This document shows positions 37,965 through 49,029 of a stretch of DNA of 64,000 nt, in pieces. This DNA is from Takakia lepidozioides (taxonomy: Eukaryota; Plantae; Bryophyta), in contig CM060733.1 in NCBI GenBank assembly GCA_030704615.1, forward strand, positions 50,220,001-50,284,000, read 5' to 3'. Both the position numbers and the translations under genes were made by a program. Below the pieces are notes generated by a model. That model searched no databases and was not told where the DNA came from. It worked only from the letters and a program-made list of their open reading frames with translations. Every line of letters begins with the position of its first letter. Within the stretch, counting starts at the first letter, position 1.

Positions 37965-40544
37965 ATGGCGATAGCGAGAACTGGAGTGTATGTCGATGAC
38001 TACCTGGAGTGTAAGTATTTCTTTCTTGCAAATGTAAATGTGTGCTGAGCATTGTGAGATTCGTTCGCCATGTGTAGACAGGAGGGAGAGGAATCGGGGA
38101 AAGGAGGTGGGGTGGGATTGGGGCGGAATTAGGCACAATACAAATGATGGGCAAAGCAGGGGTGACATGGGGCTAGACATGTTGCAGATTCAAGCTCTCT
38201 TCCAGCGGATTTACAAAGGCTCCTTTCGACTATGAGGGAGCTTGATGAGCGATCTCAGAGTATACTCTCTCTCTCTCTCCTCTCTCACATATGGATGGCT
38301 GCCATGCCTTATTGCATGTCAGTGGAGAGTTGTGTAGGTGGGGGATGGGCAATGCAGCCAGAAAGAGTTTACTTGACGCGCCTAGGCAATGGCTGGCTCT
38401 TTTTTGGAGATGAGCCACTTCTCTGCTTCTAAGCGTGCTTGTGAAAGCAGTGAGTTTGGTTACCGTATTTGAATTTGGTTACAGCAGGCCAACATGTAAT
38501 GATAGATTGGACAGAGTTTGAAAAGCAGGGGACGTTGTGAAGGGAAGAGTTACTCGAAAAGTTCTTGCGTTAACCTTCGCTTTTAAACAGGTTGGCTTTA
38601 CTCAGATGGTGGACCTTGTGCATTGTCAGGCATGCTGGGGCAGTTGCGGGAGCAAGTGAAAGGCTGCCTGATGTTGCCCTCAAAGAAGAAGGAGGGCTTG
38701 GAACCTGACGAGACACTAGAGAAAATGCGGCAGCAGATTGAAACCAATCAGTCCAACACTGTGCGCCTGTGCACTGAGAAGGTGCTGCTTGCCCAACAGG
38801 CCTTTGATTTGGTGAGACCCTGCTTCCATCAAGTACAGTCCTTCTTATCTGCTGACTGCTCCACAATTGCTTTTTGATTTGCACTTTAGACTGTTCGTTT
38901 GCTCAATTGTCTCAACGGAGGTCACTTCTATCCAAGTATATCCTAGTGACTCTCTCTCTCTCTCTCACTCTCTTCCCCCAGACTCCACACCCATCATCTT
39001 TTGCATACCCATGACAGATTGACAGCCATGTGAGGCGGCTGGACGAGGATCTGAACAGCTTTGCAGAAGATTTGAAACAAGGTAGGCTGCTCCTGCTTCT
39101 ATAGGCCCATTAAGCTTCAAATTTAGACGGAAGTGAGGCTCCAGTGAGGTGTCCTTGTTCTGTATGAGATCCCTCCAGAGTGCTTCTTCTCAGAGGAATA
39201 ATGGAAAGGGAACTTCAGGAGGTGAACAATGTGTAATAAAGAATAATGGAATGTGGCAGTGTGTTTGGGAAGATTTTGATGTGACCTAAGGGCTATCTTG
39301 AAACAATTGGAGCCCATTTGATTCGCAGATTTCTCTTATTATGTTGTGAGATGTATATGCATGGAGATGAATGTCTTAGCAAAATTGAGGATTGAGGACA
39401 TATGAACAACTAGGGCTCCTTGCTCCAGCAAAGAACATATGAACAACCAGGGCTTCTTAAAAGGGCAGCTAATGAGGCCTAAGAGTGATGGGCAGAGGGG
39501 AAGTTGCAACCAGACGAGCCAGCAATCCTGCCCTTGGCCATGGGTCGGGACGAGAAGAGGAAGGGGCACTTCTTGACGCCACTGGCCAAACGCCTTGAAT
39601 CCAGAATTGACAGAGACCGGGACCGGGACAAGGAACGAGATAGAGAAAGAGACAGGGATCGGGACAGTGAGTTGATGCCACCTCCTGGCAGTCACAAAAA
39701 GAAGAGTCTTCCAGCCCCCACCGACATTGATCAGCCTGTTGATCCTAATGAGCCCACCTACTGCACTTGTCACCAGGTTTGCTCTACCTTGACCAATGTC
39801 CTTGGTCAAAGGATTTTCAGACATGTTGTTCAGGCTACTTGCAAAAGGACTGACATGGCTGAAGGGCTTTTCAGCCAGGGATACTGGAAAGAGCAGTACA
39901 GAAGAGTCAGGAGGGGGTGTATATGAAGAATAGGCAAACCAGGCATGTTTTGTTTTGCCATGGCTTGACTGGAAAGGTGTGTCAGTACGTTGCAGTACTT
40001 GATGTATTCGCCAGCTTTACTTATTGTTTAGCTTATCTCAACATTTTTGGAGAAGACATCGAGCTGATATCTCACAGATTAACGATGAGTGTTGGCCTGC
40101 AGGTTTCGTTTGGGGATATGATTGCCTGTGATAATGAAAACGTAAGTGATAACGCAAACTTCACTGTCTCTAGCTGGGCAGCTTTGCAGAGGCTTTCCAA
40201 TTAGATTTAGCTCTCCTCATTGTGGAAGTGTTAGGTCTGAAAGTCCGCAGGACGCAAGTAAATGGAAGAAAATGATGTAGGCACAACCCAACCCCTGGTC
40301 TGATGGGCTGTGCACTTTTCATGTTTTGTTGGCTCGCCCAGAAAAAGTTAGTGTTTCTTGGTGTAAGAGAGAGGGACAACCCAGGTCTTGACATGGTGGG
40401 ATGGAATCGTTGCAGTGTGAAGGAGGAGAGTGGTTTCATTATCAGTGTGTTGGGTTGAGCTCAGAGACACGGTTCAAAGGAAAATGGTATTGTCCGACTT
40501 GTAAAGCACTGCAACGGAGGGGTCTCTTGGAACCTCCTCTCTAA
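37965..40544 (+). CDS. ING2: PHD finger protein ING2 (inhibitor of growth family)
   Basis: Exons 37965-38010, 38188-38259, 38630-38811, 39018-39081, 39496-39776, 40103-40141, 40416-40544. N-terminus [16 protein letters not shown] is typical of plant ING2. PHD: [48 protein letters not shown]. Confidence 0.96.
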
Positions 40545-41468
40545 TGTTGCAGCATGTACATAGTATATATCGTGTGTAGAGCGGTGGAAAATCTGTATAA
40601 ACTCTCAGTTAGTCATGCTTCCCTTGCAGTGGCTAGAGAGAGCCCGTCATTCAGGCATGAAATTAATTGGTTTTTTCTCCAGAGAAGAGGTTGCTTCTTA
40701 GAACTTTTCACCAGTGAGTTGAGGTTGTAAGGGATACCTCTTGTGCAATCAGATTTATCTGAAAATTGATAGTGAGTTGGGACTTGATTGGTTGGGCCTT
40801 GGTCTTCAAGGCCATGGATATATGTGAAACCCTGAGGGACTGTTCATGTATGTCCCATTCTATGTTTATTACAGCACCTATGTCAACAGGGTTGAGATTT
40901 ATTCAGAAGTACACGATGAACACTTCAAGGTAGAATGATTTGGTCTCCCTGATAAATGAAATGGTATGTCATTGGTTCTTGCAAAAGTGTTCCTAGGTTA
41001 TTCATTCCGTACCCAGTCATGCACTTGGAAATTTCTACCTGTGCACTGAGAGCATATTTTTGCTGGCGTTGAGGGGTCAATTGCAGCTGCAATCAGAATA
41101 GCCTTGTTGCAGAGTGCCATCTTTTCCCCATGGACTTCAGTTGCCCTCCGCTTCTCTTCTGTTAGCAACTTTCAGCTAGTGATACTTGAGTGGTCATCCT
41201 GGATCCAGTAAACATTATGCATCTTCCTGTATGCATCATCAAGAAGTTCCTAACATTATCTCTAAGTGGACTGAAAAAGATGGAAGCACCTTGCAACTTC
41301 CAGGACAGTAGACTCCACACCTCATGGGTAGTGTGCACACCGCCACTGTGGAGCGTAGGAGAATATACATAGAATATCACTAATATTCTTTAATGAATCA
41401 AAAAGCCCATATGTCAAATGGTTACCAAAGTTGGCTAGGGAAGGTTCTAGGTTGGAGGAGGTGTGGCG

Positions 41469-41761
41469 CAGCGTTTTTTTTTTCAAATTTGGAAAAGAAC
41501 AGGAGTGGCTACTGAGTTTTGCAAAAAACAGCCATATTTTCTGCTCATCCACTGAAATTTGGACAGAATCATCCTCCGCTGTATTTTCATCCATGTATAT
41601 CATCCATATTAGGCGAATTCATCCAAGATTTATATTTGTTTTTGAGAATTTTGGCGATTTCATCCATGAGAAATAGGGAATTTACGACAGAATATTCGAT
41701 TTTGATTTTTGAGGTCGAAAAAGTGCGAAATTTCGCCAGAAATAAAGAAATAAAAACACTG
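41469..41761. mobile_element. hAT MITE (CAGYGTTTTT family), 293 bp
   Basis: TIR CAGCGTTTTT / AAAAACACTG. Perfect 8-bp TSD GTGTGGCG at 41461-41468 and 41762-41769. Confidence 0.9.
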
Positions 41762-42276
41762 GTGTGGCGAGGTCATTTTGGCAAGCTATAGCCAAAGAGG
41801 GAGCTTGGGAAGAGATGGAGGGTCCAATAGGGAGTGCAAAAGATGCACAATTCAGGGAGGGTGGATTAGTTGGCGGCAAGGTGGGCAGGGCAAGCACTAG
41901 TGGCAATGGCAAGGGCCCATCGGCATGGGATCCAGTTATGTTTAAGGTCCGGCTGTACATTACCTCTTTCTCTCTCTCTTGAAGTTGAAGTGTATAGGTG
42001 GATTGGTCTTCATTGGAGTCTTCTTAGCAGTCTCATGTTGCTACTACAAGAGCTGGTATAACGACCGACACTGATTCATTTTTAGCTCAAAATTACATCT
42101 CTGATACGCTATTCTGTATTCCATTACAAAGCAATATGTCTACACCGATTTTATATGAGATTGGAGTGAATATGTTGCTAAACGGTAGACTTTGCAAAAC
42201 TATAATGAGAATGCTGGGGGTCGTTAGTCGCCCTGAACTGAGCTAAACGCGTACTTCGTAAACGTCGTCGACTCAA

Positions 42277-42369
42277 AACACGTCATATGGACGTCGGTGA
42301 CGTGGACACTTTCGTCCACGTCAACACGTTATATGGACGCCGGTGACGTGGACACTTTCGTCCACGTCA
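42277..42369. promoter_or_regulatory. Duplicated 46-bp ACGT-rich palindromic element in the DCAF12-like promoter
   Basis: Two tandem copies, each containing TGACGTGGAC-ACTTTC-GTCCACGTCA, ~400 bp upstream of the start codon. Confidence 0.55.
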
Positions 42370-42741
42370 GCGTGACCTCCCGAACCTTCGCTTGGTTAAT
42401 TTGAGGTTATCGTCGAGGTTCGTTAGTCCTCGTTCATCTGTTCGCCGTTCTCGTCGGTTTTTGTGTGTCAATTAGCTCAACGAAATTTTTTGTGTTTTCG
42501 TTGAGCTAATTGACATGATTCCGCGCGGCGATAGATTGTGCTTTCGATCGGGCAGAAGTCTGGGATTTGGCTGTAGAATCCTTGTGGGAGAATTTTCTCC
42601 AGTTTTACGCACATATGTTTTGCACTTGAAGGAGTCAGTAAGGGGCTTGAAGTGTAATTTGACGGGCTTTGCAACAGTATGGCGTGGTGGTAGCTTGGGA
42701 CTGCGGGCTTCTTCACAGTTTTCAGGAGCTCTCATGTTGTG

Positions 42742-45700
42742 ATGGTAGAATGGTGGAGAAAGGGAAAGGAAATGCATGATTTTCTCAGGAAGCGCGAGTT
42801 AAGCAACGACTGTGGGTAAGCTCATAGATCAGTCCGATCTGATGGAGGGGAAGCGAGACTAGTGCTTGACGAATTGCTTCGAAATATTCCTAATTCGGCA
42901 CGATATGTGCTAGATTTGACATTTTGCATGCCGATATTACTGGAGAGAGTAAGCAACAGCCTTACATTTCTTGCAGGTCCGAGAAAAAAATTTGCGAGGA
43001 CTATTCTGCTTCCCGGATTCCATCACTGCTTCAAGAGAGAGAGTTGCCAGGCACAGATGCATATGACAAGGTGTTCGCAGCGGCCTGGCTGGACCACGAA
43101 AAGTTTGTCGTTGGGACTAAGGATAACAAACTGGTACTTTGGAATGCTGCAAATAATAGGAGGATTGATATTTCGTTGCCGCGTCGAGCACAAGCACAAC
43201 CACAGCAGAGTGAGACCTGCGGCATACACTCCATGTACTCTGTCTCACCTTATCCTATTGTGTTCTGTGGTGTTTTCAGGCTTCCCTCCGTTTATCTGCC
43301 AATGAAAATAGTTGAGCTCGCAGCTTCAACTTCTTCATGTCTGCTAAATGGCACTTTGCCAGGAGGCCTTCCGTAGAGTTTGAGCAACCTTGCCTCCTCA
43401 TCTGACAAGAGGTCACGCGATTTTTCCCTGTAGCCATCTTGCGTTCTTAAAGGCATGTTGGAAAGCAGCTTGGCTGTTCCTGCATATCTTAGTTAACCAA
43501 TGCACTGTATTTGCTCGTAGCAGTCTTGATAGATGGCCATTATGACTTCACAGCATCATCTGATGCAATCATGTGTGCTCCATTGTGAGGGTTCGGTATT
43601 TAGATTGGTTGGAGTTCAGGGAGCTAATGGTTTTTTACTGAAGTGGTCACCATAAAACTGTCTGAGCTGCACCAAAGAAGCCATCTTAAACTACTGTTTT
43701 GTGTTGTATTGGCTCTCCTGTTAGAAAGTGTAGTAAACTTTTCCAAGAATCTCCTTGCCACTGGAGCAGACAACCCAGACGATGTTGCAGTGTTCGAACT
43801 CCCATCCTTCAATCCAGTTTGCCTTTTGTCGGTAAGATCCAAGATACCACAATGACTCTAGAACGATATGACGAACATCTAGCCAATGTTTATGGTTATA
43901 TGAGTATGACTAATGTGGGTTCTGGAGTGGCCTGCTTTTAATCTCTCTATTTTAGGGTTTTCCACCAGCAATGAGGAATGTACCACTTTCAACATACATC
44001 TCATTTACACAGCTCATTGGCATTCATGGAAAATGATATTAGAGTGTCCTTGATCTCCTCAAGATTGTGTTGCAATTTTCTTGCAGATGCAGCTTCCAAC
44101 TCCCACCTTTGAATGGGACACAGCTTGAGAAGCTTTGATAGCCTGTTTGAGGAATTGGTCTGGGACTCTCTAGTATTGTATTTTTGACCTGACAACAGCT
44201 TTTTCTTGGAAAATACAGAAGCACAGTGATTGGATGTTTGCAGCAGCATGGCTGACAGATGTATTGCTTGTAACAGGTTTGGCACCGGACTTTCCCATTT
44301 GGAATTTTGAAGTCAAGTCTTTGCCATAGTTAGTTTAGCACTTGGTGGTATTGTGTTAATATGCTGGGATTGCTTGGCTGACAGATGTATTGCTTGTAAC
44401 AGGTTTGGCACCGAACTTTCCCCATTTGGAATATTAAAGTGAAGTCTGCCATAGTTAGTTTAGCTCTTGGTGGCATTGTGTTAATCTGCTGGGATTGCTT
44501 ACGTTACTTTGAACTCTTGGCAGGCTCTCGTGATACCACAGTGAAGCTATGGTCTGTAGATGTCAACAGTCCATTCACTAACCAGTGCCCAGTCATTGAT
44601 CGATCAGTTCACGCAGACAAAGTGAGAGATCTCAAGTATTGCCCAATTTCTGAGGTATAATATCTCAATTGAGCTGCACGTTCTTTCGATATCCTTGTTC
44701 TAGCCGCTTCCTCTTTTTCTAGAAACTCCTCTCTTGTAGGGTGCATTATGTGTCCAACCCAATATGTGGAGCTTCTCACCTTCAGCACAATTCATGAATT
44801 CTACTGTGTGCAGCGGCTTGCAACCCTGGGACAAGATGCCTTGTGCAATATCTGGGATCCCCAACTCATGGAGGTGGTGAGTGCCCCTTTTGGCTTGTGG
44901 TTTATAGGCAGTCTGGCAGTGTTACCTTTTCAATAGAAGAGGGCACTTTCCAGTAACCTGTGTTTTGTGACTCTTGACCCACAAGTAAGCTTGTACCAAG
45001 TTCTGATAGGAACCTTAGCCAATTCATGTCTAATCCTTTGCTGGGATTGTGGATTATTACAGGTCTCGGGTGTGTCACTTCACCACAAAAGAGAGCTGGT
45101 CTGTCTTGCAATGGAGCATCCTCTTATTGCAATTGGATCTCAGAAGTTCATTTCCTTGGTAGACCTACGCTGTGGACATATCATTCAAGATGTTGAATCA
45201 GCAGATGAAGGGTGGGGTATGCAGCTTCTTCCTCCCTATCTTTTTTCTCTTCTTCAACAAGTGATGCATTCTGTTGACCATTTAAGGGGTGGACTTGCTT
45301 GATTCCGTTTTTTGATATCAGGTGTGCGATCATTGAGTTTCAAAGGCAATAATGTCCTTACATGCGGCGGTGGCAAAGGGAGGTTGTCATTTTTTGACCT
45401 GCGGGCTGAAAAGTATATCTCACTTTGTGAGTACCTTCTCACCTGTCTCACCTCTGCAACAGGAATTTGCCTCCTTTCACTAGTCTCTGGGAAAAATCAG
45501 GAGCATTTGCGTAGCATTGAGGTTGTATTGCATGTAACTGCATTGATTTTGAGGTTCTCTTGTGCAGACCCTGAAAAGGGTGGGTGCACCCATTCTTGTG
45601 GCAGTGCGTTGGAGCTCTCTTATTATAATACAGGCAAAGGCGCTTTGGTGATTCTCTTTTCCAAATGTCACTTGTTTAAAGTCCCTTGTAGTCATTGGGT

Positions 45701-46105
45701 ATCACTCAAGTGAAAATCAGTCAAAAGCGTATATTGGAGCAGCACTCACTATTGAGATGGGTCCTAAAATTGAGTGAGAGAGAAAAATGTTCAAGAAAGA
45801 AAAAGAAAGATTTGTACCAAAGGGCCCAAGGGACTTAAGTGGAACAACGCATAACCACGGAACCCAATGAACAGTCGAACTTGATTTGGCCTCCTGTAGC
45901 ATGTGGACCTGTTCTACAAAAAATGAAAGATTGGTTTCCAACTTTGGTGCAGGAGTCCAATGATTTGTACCTCAATCACTTCCAACGGGACCAGATTCAG
46001 CATGCGGTATATGCTCATGCATATGATGTGAGTGGCACCAAGCTCCTTGCAGCAGGAGGCCCGCTTCCATATGGTTTAAAAGGTTGCTATGTTGCGCTAT
46101 GGTAG
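42742..46105 (+). CDS. DCAF12: DDB1- and CUL4-associated factor 12-like WD40 protein
   Basis: Exons 42742(or 42772)-42815, 42977-43234, 43729-43831, 44219-44276, 44524-44654, 44814-44876, 45063-45216, 45322-45426, 45568-45647, 45953-46105. Motifs DKVFAAAWL..VVGTKDNKL, CGIHSI..NFSKNLLATGADNP, HSDWMFAAAW..TGSRD, KVRDL, ELVCLA, GVRSLSF, TGKG and C-terminal AVYAHAYDVSGTKLLAAGGPLPYGLKGCYVALW match animal DCAF12 as recalled. Confidence 0.9.
44249..44499 (+). repeat. 126-bp tandem duplication spanning an exon 3' end and splice donor
   Basis: TGGCTGACAGATGTATTGCTTGTAACAG|GTTTGGCACCG...GGGATTGCT occurs at 44249 and again at 44375. Confidence 0.9.
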
Positions 46106-47678
46106 TGGCACTGAATTGCTCCTCCCCATCGTCAAATGCCACCCACAACCTGTACTGGGTGCCTTTGCCTACCAATGTATTATTGAGTTTAGGATGTCCA
46201 AGACTCAAGTATCAAAACATGTGGGGGCTGTCAGACCTGGTATCCAAGCTCGCATGTTTCCAAGGATGACTCCTAGGTTTACATTGTAGAACTCAGTCTT
46301 CCATATCATCATTTCATGAAACTGGCACCTTGTGAAGTGTCTACACTGCAATCATGCTCAGAACCTGCTGACCACAGCGTGAAACCTGTCTCTTGTTTCA
46401 AACATCCTTCTTTTAGGTAAGTCTCTTGTCAATCTGTAGCCTCTGTTGTTCTCCGAGACATGCTTCTCAATCATAAAGTTCATGACTTGTAAAATCTGCT
46501 GCTGCATTGATGGTAATCCTTTGATGAGGATTTCCTAACATCCACTTAATTCACAAGCTGTCATCCGGGCACTCATGGACATGTAGGACACGCACTTGAG
46601 CAAGAGGATTTGGATTTTCCTCTATTCCAATCTCCATCTCCCCAGAACTTTCACAGCATAAAATTTACATGGAAGGCCCTAAATTTTTCACCACATTGGG
46701 CCTGGTTTGTGTGGGATGCCCCCCGTCTTCCAGGAATAACCCGAAATTATACACTAGACAGACACCCTGGCAACAAATCACTCTGTTCCGGACTGTACAA
46801 TGTGGTTGCAACTGTAATCTTGGAAACTGAATGAAGCATCAGTTGGATCGGCATGAAGGGCAGCCATTGCGTTGCCAATAAACCAGACAACCAGCAAACT
46901 ACAAACATTCAGCTGAATTCCTGCAAACCGAGTAGTGCGAGCTTGGCTTTGAATTTGGAAAGACTATCACATATAATAACCTTGTGTTGTATGGAGATCC
47001 CATTTCATGAAGCTTTTGGATAACAAGAGGGGGTTTGATCATATTTTCCCCTGAACTAAATTCTTAAAGGAAAAAGGAAAGAGTGCAAGAAAATGTTCAG
47101 GGAAGTTCTGAAGCTGCCGTTGCTTTCAGTGTTGAATTTGAATTTCAAAGGGGAAAGGTGATGTGAAATTGTCTATATATCATGAACACTACCCTGTTGG
47201 ACACACATACCAATTGTGAGTGCATCAAGGGTGTTCCAATACTTTCAATTTCGCGGAATGCGATGTGGTGTTATGGGATGCGGTGGTTGCACAATATGCA
47301 CAACAAGGACATGGGATGGATATCTTGCCTATTCCATGGAATCCTTTTTTTTTAATCAATCAGACACATCCAACGGCCTATTATTTTTAATTTGAAATTT
47401 TTTCTTTTAAAAACATACATTGGACTTCGATCTTCACTTCTAAGGAAACAGAGCATATTTAGTGAATAAAGTTCATTTATTACAAAGAATTCTAATCATG
47501 AGGGATTTTATGGAATCAGCTTGTTTAAAGACACCAAAAAATACATAACTTGTTTTTCTTTAATAATTTTCAATGAATGTTCTCACTTTACATTCTTCAT
47601 CTTTCAATGAACATTGGGTCAAGTCGCATTATCATTTAGCAATATCATTCACAACTACTCAAGGTCCCAAATAAATAC

Positions 47679-48279
47679 TGTTGTGACCACTGTTGGGCGG
47701 ATCTACCCATTTTTTTCATATAGGCCCGTTCCAGATATTGAAAACTTTTGGTTTTACATGTCGTGCACCTAAGCATTGTGCCACAACATACATCGCTGTC
47801 CAACCACACTTCCTAGCATATAGTCCTAGAAAGCCACGCCACAATGATACGGGAATGGTGAAAAGAGGAGAAACCACTCTATCACGTTATATAAGTCAAG
47901 CCAATGGCACCTTTGCTAAAGGACTCCACCATACAAACCTCACTCACTCTCCATCTCAAGAACTAGAGCTATGGCGGCGAGAGAGGCCTCGGGAGGCTCG
48001 ACTAGAAGAAGACGAGTCTGCCTACGTCTCACGTGGAGATAACCTCCCCACGTCCTAAGTGAGGTTCGCCACCTCACTTGGCACATGGAACCAAATGAAG
48101 TCCCAATGCCAACAAAATACAAATATAAATGTATAATGTCCTAATTAGTTAGAAATAACTATTTCTAACCAATCACAAATAAAACCATGACAGCTATCGT
48201 GCACCTAAGCACCGTGCCACAACATACATGATTGTCCAACCACACTTCCTAGCATATAGTCCTAGAAAGCCACGCCACA
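47679..48279 (-). mobile_element. Putative 3' LTR (~600 bp) of a Ty3/Gypsy-type element, preceded by a polypurine tract
   Basis: On the minus strand: PPT AGGGGGGCGA (48290-48281), then TGTGGCG..., ending ...CACAACA at 47679. Internal 84-bp direct repeat at 47761-47844 and 48197-48280. The distal end is less certain. Confidence 0.65.
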
Positions 48280-48549
48280 ATCGCCCCCCTAGCTGGTGAT
48301 TAGGTCCCTCTAACACCGGATAGCTTGCAAGTATCCACCCCAATAAGATCATCGCTTGGTCTTCAATCGCACAAGTCCCAACACTTGAAGTCGATAGATC
48401 AAGAGGCCGGGTGCAAACGTAGCCCCATCGTTAGTCGCCTTCATACAATCCATGATCTTCAGTTGAGTATCCATGGCATTGAAGCCCCACTAGCTAGACC
48501 GTGGGTCACTTGTCCGCCTCCCCATTGTCATGCCCACTACCTCTGTCCA

Positions 48550-49025
48550 AGGCATCGTAGACACAATCATTCTCCGATAGAAACCTCCTCAAGTGGCGGT
48601 GTCAAGCATCCCATGTGCCACCCCCTTGAGCATTTGTCACACACCAACATGGTTGCGGCGCCACCAGCATGCCCACATAGCATGCAACGCAACCTTGCAG
48701 GTACCACTGCAAGGTTAGGATCTATCATCCCATCCACATGTGGAAGGTGACATGGCGCACAATTGCGCACATGGTCCTTCCATACCATGTCATCTCGACC
48801 CTCCAGAATCAACACTCCTGAAGGCAACACCTCCCTGACCCTTAGAATCACACGTCTTGCGGTGACATCCAAGGTCGTAGGTGCTGTCTGCTGCAGATTC
48901 ACATAGTCCCCAGGATGGAAACGCCGAACACTTGGCCGATATCCCCTTTCACATATAGTGGCGTACCTCAATGTATCTCAGTGTTGGGCAATAACAAGGT
49001 TCTCAAAAGCCATAGGCATGACTTC
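48550..49025 (-). pseudogene. Ty3/Gypsy integrase C-terminus fused to a PHD finger
   Basis: MPMAFENLVIAQH*DTLRYA..RRFHPGDYV.L (post-integrase region), then a Cys4-His-Cys3 PHD: CMLC..MLVCDKCSRGWHMGCLTPPLEEVSIGE*LCLRC. Lies upstream of the PPT and LTR. Confidence 0.85.
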
Positions 49026-49029
49026 CCGA

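Noticed and set aside
38260-38629. ING2 intron 2 as a U12 GT-AG intron
   Set aside because: The donor GTATACTCT deviates from GTATCCTT and there is no clear CCTTRAC branch site near the acceptor.
48550-48700. Idea that the retroelement PHD finger was captured from the neighbouring ING2 gene
   Set aside because: Spacing and sequence differ (CMLC..CDKCSRGWHMGC versus [20 protein letters not shown]). The proximity looks coincidental.
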